Origin: Bugula neritina
Lineage: Eukaryota; Animalia; Bryozoa
Direction: 5' to 3'
NCBI GenBank assembly: GCA_964035545.1
Contig: OZ037767.1
Location: 383,680 to 447,679, forward strand
Length of the DNA: 64,000 nucleotides
Part shown: positions 14,371 to 26,603 of the stretch, one piece after another
Layout of the letters: every line of letters begins with the position of its first letter
Numbering within the stretch: the first letter of the stretch is position 1
The notes under the pieces: model-generated
Databases searched by the model: none
What the model was told of the DNA's origin: nothing
The model's input: the letters and a program-made list of their open reading frames with translations, nothing else
Translations under genes and position numbers: made by a program

Positions 14371-15354
14371 CTGTACTATACTCTGCTATCATCTGTACTA
14401 TACTCTGCTATCATCTGTACTATACTCTGCTATCATCTGTACTATACTCTGCTATCATCTGTACTATACTCTGCTATCATCTGTACTATACTCTGCTATC
14501 ATCTGTACTATACTCTACTATCATCTGTACTATACTCTGCTATCATCTGTCCTATACTCTGCTATCATCTGTACTATACTCTGCTATCATCTGTACTATA
14601 CTCTACTATCATCTGTACTATACTCTGCTATCATCTGTCCTATACTCTGCTATCATCTGTACTATACTCTGCTATCATCTGTACTATACTCTGCTATCAT
14701 CTGTACTATACTCTGCTATCATCTGTACTATACTCTGCTATCATCTGTACTATACTCTACTATCATCTGTACTATACTCTGCTATCATCTGTCCTATACT
14801 CTGCTATCATCTGTACTATACTCTGCTATCATCTGTACTATACTCTGCTATCATCTGTACTATACTCTACTATCATCTGTACTATACTCTGCTATCATCT
14901 GTCCTATACTCTGCTATCATCTGTACTATACTCTGCTATCATCTGTACTATACTCTGCTATCATCTGTACTATACTCTGCTATCATCTGTACTATACTCT
15001 GCTATCATCTGTACTATACTCTACTATCATCTGTACTATACTCTGCTATCATCTGTCCTATACTCTGCTATCATCTGTACTATACTCTGCTATCATCTGT
15101 ACTATACTCTGCTATCATCTGTACTATACTCTACTATCATCTGTACTATACTCTGCTATCATCTGTCCTATACTCTGCTATCATCTGTACTATACTCTGC
15201 TATCATCTGTACTATACTCTGCTATCATCTGTACTATACTCTACTATCATCTGTACTATACTCTACTATCATCTGTACTATACTCTGCTATCATCTGTAC
15301 TATACTCTGCTATCATCTGCACTATACTCTGCTATCATCTGTACTATACTCTAC
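14371..15354. repeat. 22-bp minisatellite (CTGTACTATACTCTGCTATCAT), about 45 copies
   Basis: Direct reading; explains the three overlapping 340-380 aa ORFs. Confidence 0.95.
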
Positions 15355-15685
15355 GCTGCAGTCACCACCCAGATTAATTCGTCCTTGAAAATGATCTAAG
15401 ATTGCACTGTAAATTCCTTCTTAGTGACTGAAGAGTACCACTATGCCTGTATACTACTACATGCTGCAGTTAGTGGGTGGTTTATGTAATACAGGGTGTA
15501 GTTACTGCATGGTTTATGTAATACAGGGTGTAGTTAGCGGTCAAGACTGTACATTACTCATTACAAAGGGTTTTGCTATAGAAACTTATCTTTTCTTGGC
15601 AATATATTCATTAAATTTTCTTTAAACCAACATAAAGTTACTGACTGTAGAAATAGAAGAAGTACAGTATGTTGTTACTTACAGG

Positions 15686-18600
15686 ATGGAACAGTTACAA
15701 GAGAGTGAAGAGATCAGTGTTGTGGGAGAAGACGACTCTCTACAGACCTCAGTGTTGTCTGACCACAAGTCTTTTGTCGATAAGATATCATCTTTTTTCA
15801 ATCAGCAGACTTTGAGTGACGTCATGATACAGGTATTTGGATATGCATGCGTACGTATGTATGTACATACATGTGTACATACATGCATGCGTACATGCAT
15901 ACATACATGTGTACATAGTACATACATACATACATACATACATACGGACTTGCGTACATATATATGTACATACCTGCAATTCATGGTATATATGTCTTAA
16001 TGTCTTAATTTGTTGTGACTTGTTTGTATAGTCAATATGTGTACTAATATGTAGGTGTTTATAAAGATGTGGCTCATTTACTGGTTTATTAGGTTGAATC
16101 CCTTTATCATATAAAATACAGTATTTATATAGATACAATAAGTGGGAGAAACTTACCATGTAACCAGCCATCATATTATGACAGTATATATAATATAAAA
16201 TGTATATATAATTTACAGTGTATAAATATAAAGTATATAATATAATATATATAATATTTATATTACATAATTCGCTGTATAGGTAGGTGAGAGTAAGTTC
16301 TACGCTCACAAGTTTGTGTTGGCCAACTCATCAGATGTTCTGAAGACGATGCTATATGAAGACAGATGGGGCAGCACTCAGTCTAACCACATAACTCTCA
16401 GTGAAACTGATGACTGCAAGGCTGTCTTTGAACCCTTCCTCAAGTTCCTCTACACTGCTACTGTGGAACTCAATCTACACAATGTCATAGGTCAGCGCAG
16501 CTCACACCACTTCCTTTATCATCTCAAACACATAGTCACATGACCTAGTCACATGATCCAGTCACATGACCTAGTCACATGATCCAGTCACATGACCTAG
16601 TCACATGGCTATGTCTATGATACACATGTAGTGTAATGTGTTACAGGAATCCTATGTCTAGCAGATAAATATAACGTCAACTCTTTGAAGCACCTCTGCC
16701 AGTCCTACATGGTAGACCACTGCAAGTCTCCCACGTCTGAAAACATCCAAAACGCCCTTATATGGTAACACCACTGTCACTATACATATGGTAACACCTT
16801 GTCACTATACATATGGTAACACCACTGTCACTATACATATGGTAACACCACTGTCACTATACATATGGTAACCCCACTGTCACTATACATATGGTAACAC
16901 CACTGTCACTATACATATGGTAACACCACTGTCACTATACATATGGTAACACCACTGTCACTATACATATGGTAACCCCACTGTCACTATACATATGGTA
17001 ACCCCACTGTCACTATACATATGGTAACACCACTGTCACTATACCTTATTATAAATTTATTTGTATTATATTATTATATTGTGTTTCCATAGCGAGTAGC
17101 GTACTGCGTATTAGTGTCAGATTTCAACTTGCAGGTACCCCTGGTCTAAAGCTCTCCACCTAAAGTGCCTGCAGAGTCAAAGTCAGGCTACCATTGCATG
17201 GAACGCAGAAGATATTATGTCTTCGTCTGATTGGCTGACTATGGACTATGAATTCCTTCTTGTACGTCTGCTAATATTCTAATATATTATTACTTCTACG
17301 TCTACTAATATTCTAATATATTATTACTCTTAGACAATGTGTGATGTAATATATTACTACTGTAAGATAATGTGTGATGTAATATCCTGTTTAGGACATG
17401 CTCAGCTCATCAGACCTCATAGTCAAGTCAGAACTGGAGATATACAAAGCAGTGGAGAGGTGGATACTGCACAGTACAAATAACCACAACTTGGAAACAT
17501 CAAAAAATCAGAGCTGTAAACTTCTAACACTTGTGAGATTTCCCAGAATGCCAATAAATGACCTACATACAGTGAGTTGACCTAGATAATATTCCGCAGC
17601 ATGACCTAGATATTACCTAAATGATATTAAGGCATGGTGTCCTGTGTGATGTTAACTTAACATTAGGGTAAAAAGTTGGGAGTCATAGAAAGAAATGATG
17701 TGTCCTGTATTTTACAGTCGGGACTCAATTGGTGAGAGTTAATATATGATGAGAGTTAATATATAGTGAGAGTTAATATGTGGTGAGAGTTAATATATAG
17801 TGAGAGTTAATATATAGTGAGAGTTAATATATAGTGAGAGTTAATATATAGTGAGAGTTAATATATAGTGAGACTTAATATATAGTGAGAGTTAATATAT
17901 AGTGAGAGTTAATATATAGTGAGAGTTAGTATATAGTGAGAGTTAATATATATTGAGAGTTAATATATAGTGAGACTTAATATATAGTGAGAGTTAATAT
18001 ATAGTGAGAGTTAATATATAGTGAGAGTTAATATATAGTGAGAGTTAGTATATAGTGAGAGTTAATATATATTGAGAGTTAATATATAGTGAGACTTAAT
18101 ATATAGTGAGAGTTAATATATAGTGAGAGTTAATATATAGTGAGAGTTAATATATAGTTAGTGTCTAATAAAAGAGACTAAAGACATCACAGGAGGGTGC
18201 ATTGCTAGCATATTATATTGTATGTTTATAATAGTTACTGAATGCACCTTCCATTTATAATGTGAATGTATATCCAATATATATATTTATGTTCTCTGAA
18301 GCCAAGTTATTACCTTGGCTAGTTACATGCTTAGCAACATCTGTAGCTGAGTGCAATTAATTCTCTGTCATCAGTCATAACTCCCAGGGTCTGGATGAAT
18401 AATTGACATTAAATGACATCTTCCAGCCATCTGTAGGAGGCAAACGATGAGTCATTTGTCACTGTGTAATGTATTATCACTGCATATGGTAACGTAATAA
18501 CAGAGTTGTGAGGTGTATGCTATCCCCAACTCTAGGATATGGAAGTAAATTGCCTTGCCCAGCTTGTATTACTCCAGCCAGATGTCCTTACCAATATCTC

Positions 18601-19750
18601 GTCGTTTATTTATATCATGACATGGTAGTGTATATACACCACAACCCTAGTATATATTATGCTCTAGTACAGTGCATTTAGTATGTAGTATATCAGTTGT
18701 GTATATTCCATGATGTTGTGTGAAGGTGGAACAGAGCGAATTAGTCAGCCACAGTTGGCTCCAGGAGATAATCATGAAAGAGTTGGGGAAGGCGTACAGA
18801 TTTCACTGCCTCTGTGTGGCTCCAATTAAACATATCCAGCAAGAGTTTACAGACTTACAATATCAGCCTAGAGATTACTTGGAGTATCAGGTTGGTAGCA
18901 AGTCACTACTTGAGTAACACAACTGTAGTTAACAAATTTTATAGCTGCAGATGATTATTAATTCAATTTTTTTTAAGTTCCAGTTGAATCAACTAAAAAG
19001 TAACTCACTTTTGAGTCTTTCAATCATGATGCCATTTTTTAGCTTTAAGTGAGTTAAATTTAAAGCCTTAGTTGGCAAATAATTATGTTTTTGTTTTATT
19101 GTATGTTGTTATCCCTGAAAACACATTTAATCAATAGTTGAGACCCTGTTTGTCTATGGACTCTATGCCGATGTTAATAAATACTTTCTGTAATAGGTGG
19201 ACTGTGTGCGGATACAAAATACACTCAGGTATGCAATGCAAGTAGAAGTGAAAACGGGCTCCTCGCCACTGCCCGACCAGAAGCGGGATGCCGAGTGGAA
19301 GTTGAGTTACAGGAAAATAGCTAGCACTGGCGTTTGGTCATTACATGTAAGTAAACATTTTCTAATCATTTCGGTGGGGTTAATATTTACAGTGCAATGT
19401 TGTTATTGCACTGTACATCACTTGAATCACACTTCCTGTGTCATTAGTGTACTTGTTTCAGCCTTTACTCTGTCATGTGATATATGCTAAATGAAAGTCT
19501 GTCTGTATTGTCGTAGATCCAGTGTCAAGACCAAACTCTCAACAGTAACAACGCTGCGTACGAGTCCACAGTTATTATATTTGACACTGCAGACAAAATA
19601 ATTCAAGTTGTTAAACCGGAACGAGCCTACTGTAAACGAGGACAAGCAGAGATCATTGATGTGCCTCTAGAACTCACGGGTGCCGGTAAAACTATGGTTC
19701 TGCTGATAAAACCCGTCATAAACGTACCGGCTGCTAGCAAACCGACCTGA
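15686..19750 (+). CDS. BTB/POZ-BACK domain protein, BTBD17-like (approx. exons 15686-15832, 16283-16490, 16646-16764, 17135-17261, 17396-17571, 18727-18889, 19198-19347, 19517-19750)
   Basis: FNQQTLSDVMIQVGESKFYAHKFVLANSSDVLKTML...FLKFLYT...LADKYNV (BTB); IAWN...LSSSDLIVKSELEIYKAVERW...VRFPRM (BACK); YQPRDY motif. Orthology to BTBD17 is inference. Confidence 0.85.
17742..18158. repeat. 17-bp intronic minisatellite (GAGAGTTAATATATAGT)
   Basis: Direct reading, about 24 copies. Confidence 0.9.
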
Positions 19751-20402
19751 GCTCACCAGCTGGGTTGAACACACTACAGACGTTATTCAGCTCAACTCTT
19801 AGTTCTCAATCCATTATTTTACCTCAGATCTTCCATAAAATATGCTGGTATTGGTGCTCGTAGCTGACACCCCTTCCTACCTCACCTGTGGTAGTCAAGG
19901 GCCATTAGTAGACTAGCTGACTAGTAGAAGCCAATATGGACCAACATTTTTGACGACCAATTATCTTCATTGGGATTAGTTGACTTGGTGGCAGTAAAAT
20001 TGGACCAATATTGGGTCAAGGATATTTATTGACTGGTATTTAGAATCTGGTGCTGTATAGGTAGGCCTAGTGCTGTATAGGTAGGTCTGGTGCTGTATAG
20101 GTAGTGTGTGTAATATATGTATTCTATATCAGAGACATGCAATTGTTCAGGTTTTAAAGTTACTTTTTATTACTACAGTTTAAAAAACTTTCATATACTT
20201 TATTTTATTTCAAATATTTGTGCATTAAGAATACATTGCTTACGTATTTTACATGTTTACATATTTCAGTTCATAAATGTAGAATCACTTGGTTTTGACC
20301 ACAGTGTAAGTTATCAGGTAATTGTTATACATGTGATATACAGTGCATCATAGGCCACAATCATGAGCTAGCAGGAAGGGGGTGACCGGCCGGCCCGTCC
20401 TG

Positions 20403-23400
20403 CTAGTCAACATCATCAGGCTTTACCGGGTGCTTCAGTGGAATTATGGACTTTTTCTCAACATCCTTCGGAAGTGCTTTTCTCATATCTGAAAGAAGAT
20501 GATGTCATGAATAAACTGAGAGACCACAGATATAATCTACTCCCCAGTCACCTTACCAGTTCCAGTCTAGTATATGTGATATAATATACCCCCCAGTCAC
20601 CTTACCAGTTCCAGTCCAGTATATGTGATATAATATACCCCCTAGTCACCTTACCAGTTCCAGTCCAGTATATGGTTATTAAGAAATTGTCTTACCCTGT
20701 AAGGGGTTCAGTTAATATTAACAAGCCTGAAGCATATTAAGGGGAAAGTGACACCAGCAAATACTTAGATTAATAAAATATTCTGGTTATTAAAGGTGGC
20801 ATTGTACAAGAAATCAAGTTTATCCATAGGTTGGCATTTAAAAACATTCATTCAATGCAACAATATTACACAAATACCAAATAATATATTAATCTAATAG
20901 AGATTTGACTATTGAATCATCTATCTCTTGTGTAAGATAGAAGTCGAGGGTACACACGGGACAGACAGACTGGGGACAGACAGACAGACAGGGGACAGAC
21001 AGACAGACTGGGGACAGACAGACAGACACGAGACAGGGGACAGACAGACACGAGACAGGGGACAGACAGACAGACAGGGGACAGACAGACAGACTGGGGA
21101 CAGACAGACAGACACGAGACAGGGGACAGACAGACAGACTGGGGACAGACAGACAGACACTCACCGTATGCATCCTCGTCATTGTCACCAGAATAGTACC
21201 CGAGTACCGTTCTGTACACCACGTACTGGAACTGCTTGTACATGTCTATGGCTATCTGGTTAGACTTTCTCACAAATAGATCCACAAAGTAGCAGTCCTT
21301 TCTACAACATATACAGTGTAGCCCTTTCTACAACATATACAGTGTAGTCCTTTCTACAACATATACAGTGTAGTCCTTTCTACAACATATACAGTGTAGT
21401 CCTTTCTACAACATATACAGTGTAGTCCTTTCTACAACATATACAGTGTACTGTGTAGGTGTATACCAGAGCAATAATGGATACAGTTTCATAACTTACT
21501 TAATGGATATGTCTTCCAACACTCTCATCAGCTTGGCAGCTAAACCCAGTCGTCTGTACTCTGGCGTGACTGTCACACATGTCACATGACCGTGAAACTC
21601 TTCTTTTTGACCTTCACACTTTCCTATCACTACAGTATAATGTCAACACAGTATAGTATAACTACGGTATAATATAACTACAGTATAGTATAACTACAGT
21701 ATAGTATAACTACAGTATAGTATAACTACAGTATAGTATAACTACAGTATAGTATAACTACAGTACAGTATAACTACAGTATAGTATAACTACAGTACAG
21801 TATAACTACAGTACAGTATAACTACAGTACAGTATAACTACAGTACAGTATAACTACAGTACAGTATAACTACAGTACAGTATAACTACAGTATAGTATA
21901 ACTACAGTACAGTATAACTACAGTACAGTATAACTACAGTACAGTATAACTACAGTACAGTATAACTACAGTACAGTATAACTACAGTAAAGTATAACTA
22001 CAGTATAGTATAACTACAGTATAGTATAACTACAGTACAGTATAACTACAGTATAGTATAACTACAGTATAGTATAACTACAGTACAGTATAACTACAGT
22101 ACAGTATAACTACAGTACAGTATAACTACAGTATAGTATAACTACAGTATAGTATAACTACAGTACAGTATAACTACAGTACAGTATAACTACAGTACAG
22201 TATAACTACAGTATAGTATAACTACAAATATAACTAGTACATTATAAACTTAGCACATATTACTGATTTATGAAATTTAGCGCATGAATAAAAGTATTTA
22301 AAAGACGGGAGGGGGGGTACTCACCGTAGCCCATAACATCCCCACTGGGTGACTCAGCTACCTGCATATACTCAGGCCATCTAGCTAGGTAGTGCAGGTA
22401 AAATGGGATACTATACTAGAGGTCACGGCTTAAGGATCATTATATTGCATTACATTACAGTGTAGGTGTAGATACAGTGTAGTGTAGACAGTGTAGATAT
22501 AGTGTAGGTGTATACAGTGTAGGTATAGTGTAGACAGTGTAGATATAGTGTAGATATAGTGTAGTGTAGACAATGTAGATACAATGTAGATACAGTGTAG
22601 TGTAGACAGTGTAGATATAGTGTAGTGTAGACAGTGTAGATATAGTGTATTGTAGACAGTGTAGATATAGTGTAGTGTAGATATAGTGTAGATACAGTGT
22701 AGTGTAGATATAGTGTAGATACAGTGTAGTGTAGATATAGTGTAGATATAGTGTAGTGTAGACAGTGTAGACAGTGTAGATATAGTGTAGATACAGTGTA
22801 GTGTAGATATAGTGTAGGTGTAGACAGTGTAGATATAGTGTAGTGTAGACAGTGTAGACAGTGTAGATACAGTGTAGATATAGTGTAGATATAGTGTAGG
22901 TACAGTGTAGTATAGACAGTGTAGATATAGTGTAGTGTAGATATAGTGTAGATACTGTGTAGACAGTGTAGTGTAGATATAGTGTAGACAGTGTAGATAC
23001 AGTGTAGTGTAGATACAGTGTAGATACAGTGTAGATACAGTGTAGTGTAGATACAGTGTAGATATAGTTTAGATATAAAAGGATACAGTCTCTGTTAAAG
23101 GGTCCAAGTTTCTGAAATACAAAAAAAACAACAAAACTATTAGACTTTGAGACAGCAAATACCTGACAGCAAACACCTGACAGCAAACACCTGACAGCAA
23201 ATACCTGACAGCAAACACCTGACAGCAAACAACTGAGAGAATACCTGTAAGAGTAACTCATGGATTTGAAAGTATAATTGTCAGATAGAAAGATTTAGAT
23301 GACAGTTTCCAGGAACACCTGACAATCATGCATAGTCTTACAGTAATAAAACCATTATATTATATTCAACAGCGGATAATAAAACCATTATATTATATTA

Positions 23401-23552
23401 TAATTATTATATTATATTATATTATATTATATTCAACAGCGGATTGCCTAGTTATTCTGACCTCAATTTTGTGACTCAAGTTAAATTTAGATCACATACG
23501 GTTTGCAGAATTTGAAGAAATCATCACAAGTTAGTGGTCGAAGGGTTGTCAT
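20403..23552 (-). CDS. NAA20: N-alpha-acetyltransferase 20, NatB catalytic subunit (exons 23552-23500, 23111-23087, 22415-22325, 21629-21500, 21301-21165, 20488-20403)
   Basis: [39 protein letters not shown]...[23 protein letters not shown]...[18 protein letters not shown]...DEDAYDMRKAL...HPVKPDDVD*. Confidence 0.97.
22416..23086 (-). other. U12-type (minor spliceosome) GT-AG intron in NAA20
   Basis: 5' splice site GTATCCTTTT; branch-like TCCTTAAG about 13 nt before the AG; no polypyrimidine tract; joins ...PLTET|YSIPF in frame. Confidence 0.88.
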
Positions 23553-24662
23553 GGTGACAAGATGCAGCCAATGAGCAGATTCTGTAATAAAGTGAAACAA
23601 ACAATTTAAAAAATATTCGTATTTTATTCAAAACAAAAATGGCTGAAATTATTAATTAGAAAAATCACAAAAGACAGTTCAACAGAAATATACGAGTAAT
23701 TGAGCATTGGTATTACAAAGTGAGCACAACCCTGTACTTTATGAGGAGAGATGCAGTTTACGATTTCATTTTTACAAATTAACTTATATAAGTTGCAAAA
23801 GATACCTTTAAGAAACCATTTTAACTTATTGATTATTTTTAAAATGGTAATTGTAAGTTTGTCAAATTTCAGGTTGTCCCAGTAATATGAATATCCACCT
23901 TGGAATGTGAATACAGGAGCATTCATATTATAGGCTACTATACACCTTTACTGTCTAAGTTAAACACTTTACACAACAGTTTACTATTGCTACTGTTTAG
24001 AGACATTGCTCATCAATAGCTGATAGCAGACAATCAGCAGCTTATGCAGTCTGCAAGATAAAAATATACCTTTGGGGAGCTGAAGACGTGACGAGCAAAG
24101 ACTATGGGTGGGCCTATTTATAAATTGCTGCATTCTATTTGAAGAAAATTATGGATATAATAAAGCATACATAGTCATCAATGCAGGCAACCACATGGAT
24201 GTTTAGCTTTTTAATAGGTAACAAATGAGAAACTTGCCCAAGACTTTAGCAAAGTCCAAAACTGGAGCATGCATTATGTATCACAATCTTAATATGAATA
24301 TCTATATGGCTGCTAGATGATTTACAACTATTATGCATCATTGATCTTCTTCTGAACCCATGCTGGCAGTTGTTTCAATATTAAGTAGATTAATTCAAGC
24401 ATCAGTATCAGCATGAGCTTGAGTATCAGATTCAGTATGTTAATAACAATTATCAAATATTAATATCAATATAATTATAATCATACTAATAGTGATATTC
24501 ATAATCATAATGACAATCAATAATCATAATGATAATAATAATCATAACCGTAACGTAATAGTAATACTAATAGTAATAACTAATAATAATTATAACTATT
24601 ACTGTAACTATTACTATTAGTAATTACTTTAACTATTACTACAAGTATAAGTACTAAGCAGT

Positions 24663-25003
24663 AGTACCTGTACAAAGTAGTAAGTACAGCTACAAGCTGA
24701 GCCTGATAGTTCTACTAGTAGTAGTTATAAGTTATAATTAACATAACCGATAATATTCACATGCATGATGCATATCCATATTGACGTCATCTAGACAATG
24801 ACAACAGACAAAGAATTCAACATATCTTTAGTACCTGTACAACGTAGTAAGTACAGCTACAGGCTGAGCCTAATAGTTCTACTAGTAGTTATAAGTAATA
24901 ATTAACATAACCAATAAATATAATATTCACATGCAATTGCATATCTATATTTGTATTGACGTCATCTAGACAATGACAACAGGCAAGAATTCAACATATC
25001 CTT
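24663..25003. repeat. Diverged two-copy ~170-bp tandem duplication, each copy with a TGACGTCA (CRE) palindrome
   Basis: Copies start at AGTACCTGTACAA (24663, 24830); TGACGTCA at 24782-24789 and 24957-24964. Confidence 0.8.
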
Positions 25004-26603
25004 AAGCTTACAGTTAAATTAAAACATAAAATAATACACAAATTTTTTTAAAACCCCTCCAGGCCTAGGGTGCTGGCATGGACTTGGAATTGAAGTGGGC
25101 CATGATCATGATGATGAACCGTGAACCTCTCGACCTATGCCAATGGGGTACAAAACCCAAATTGCCTAATTGTATATTGGCGTTGCTGTAGGGTACAGAG
25201 CTTTACTTGCATATTTTCGACAGTAAGTGACCCAGGTTGTTAATCCCTGGTCAAGCATTTAAACACATTAATTACTACTACTATTACTACTATTACTACT
25301 ATTACTATTAGTATTAATAACCACACCGCATCAAGCGCAATCTTTTTCTTATTTTGAGGTCTGTGTTTATATGACCTGTTGCATTTTAATGGTCTACATG
25401 TCTTGCTTATGCGAAATCATGACTTTCTTCTGAAGACATCATTTATCTTTCACGTAAACTTTATTAATTTGTTCGGGGCTTATCAACGACTTTGAGTTGT
25501 CACCCGCAACTCTATAGTTTATGCGTATGGACGCTTTGCTAGCACAAATCGTTTATCTTAAGGCCAAGGACACAATTATAGGCCATTAAAAATTTTGGTT
25601 TTCTTTCAAGTTTAGCTTGAAGTTATCAACAATCTATTTTCATATTGGAGTTGATACTTATTAATATTTACAACTATACTGATAATTGGAACTTATTTTG
25701 ATGTTCTAGTTCAGATTGGATGTTTCAAGGTTAGATTTTATACTCTGAAATTTAATTTCCTTACTAACGGTAACTAAAATTAAAAAAAATGTAAAACTTC
25801 TATTACAGTCACTATTAGTATTACTATGGTCAATATCTAAATTTGCCTTAGAGAATTTGAGTCACTTGGACTTCAAGCTCATAAGTGTTACTTGTAATTC
25901 CGAACTGAGACTGTTGGTAGTAGTTAGCTTGTGCTAATACCTGCACCTAATTTCAAGTCATTTGGTGCAATGTTACATTCTAAGTTATTACTTCGCTTAT
26001 TTTAACTTGTTTCAGTTTTCTCCGAATATAATTATATTCATTTACTGAACTTCATGCATTATGATTATCAATGTCACCATATGCTCATAAATATTTGTAT
26101 TATTATTATGAGAATTACATATATTATAGGCTATTAGTACCAGTATCACTATCGTTATGTTTGAACTTAAAGTTAATTCTAGAGTTGGAGTAGGATAGCA
26201 ATTGCATGGCATGAAGTCAGGAGAGATTGTTTCTCTGGGGTTCAGTTTTTATTTGGTCTGTGCTCAAAAATAAGCTTTAACTTCAACTTGTGTTTTGTCT
26301 CCAATTGATCTCCCCTTAGACCACTTACCTGGTATAAGCTAAACTGCAAGTATGCCTAAGTTCTTGTTTCATCATGAAATGGAATTTATGCTGCAAGAAA
26401 TGATTCATTATTAGTACATTATTAGTACCTTCAGCATATAATGAATAAACTTCAGTTAATACTTTATTATGTCATATTGTAGAATAGTAAAGTTGGTATT
26501 ATATGTTGTGTATTATATATTATATTATGTTATATATTATATTATGTTATATATTATATTATGTTATATATTATACTATATATATAATATATAGCTGTAC
26601 TAC

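Noticed and set aside
14229-15399. Three long overlapping ORFs
   Set aside because: A stop-free 22-bp repeat read in all three frames; no domain signal.
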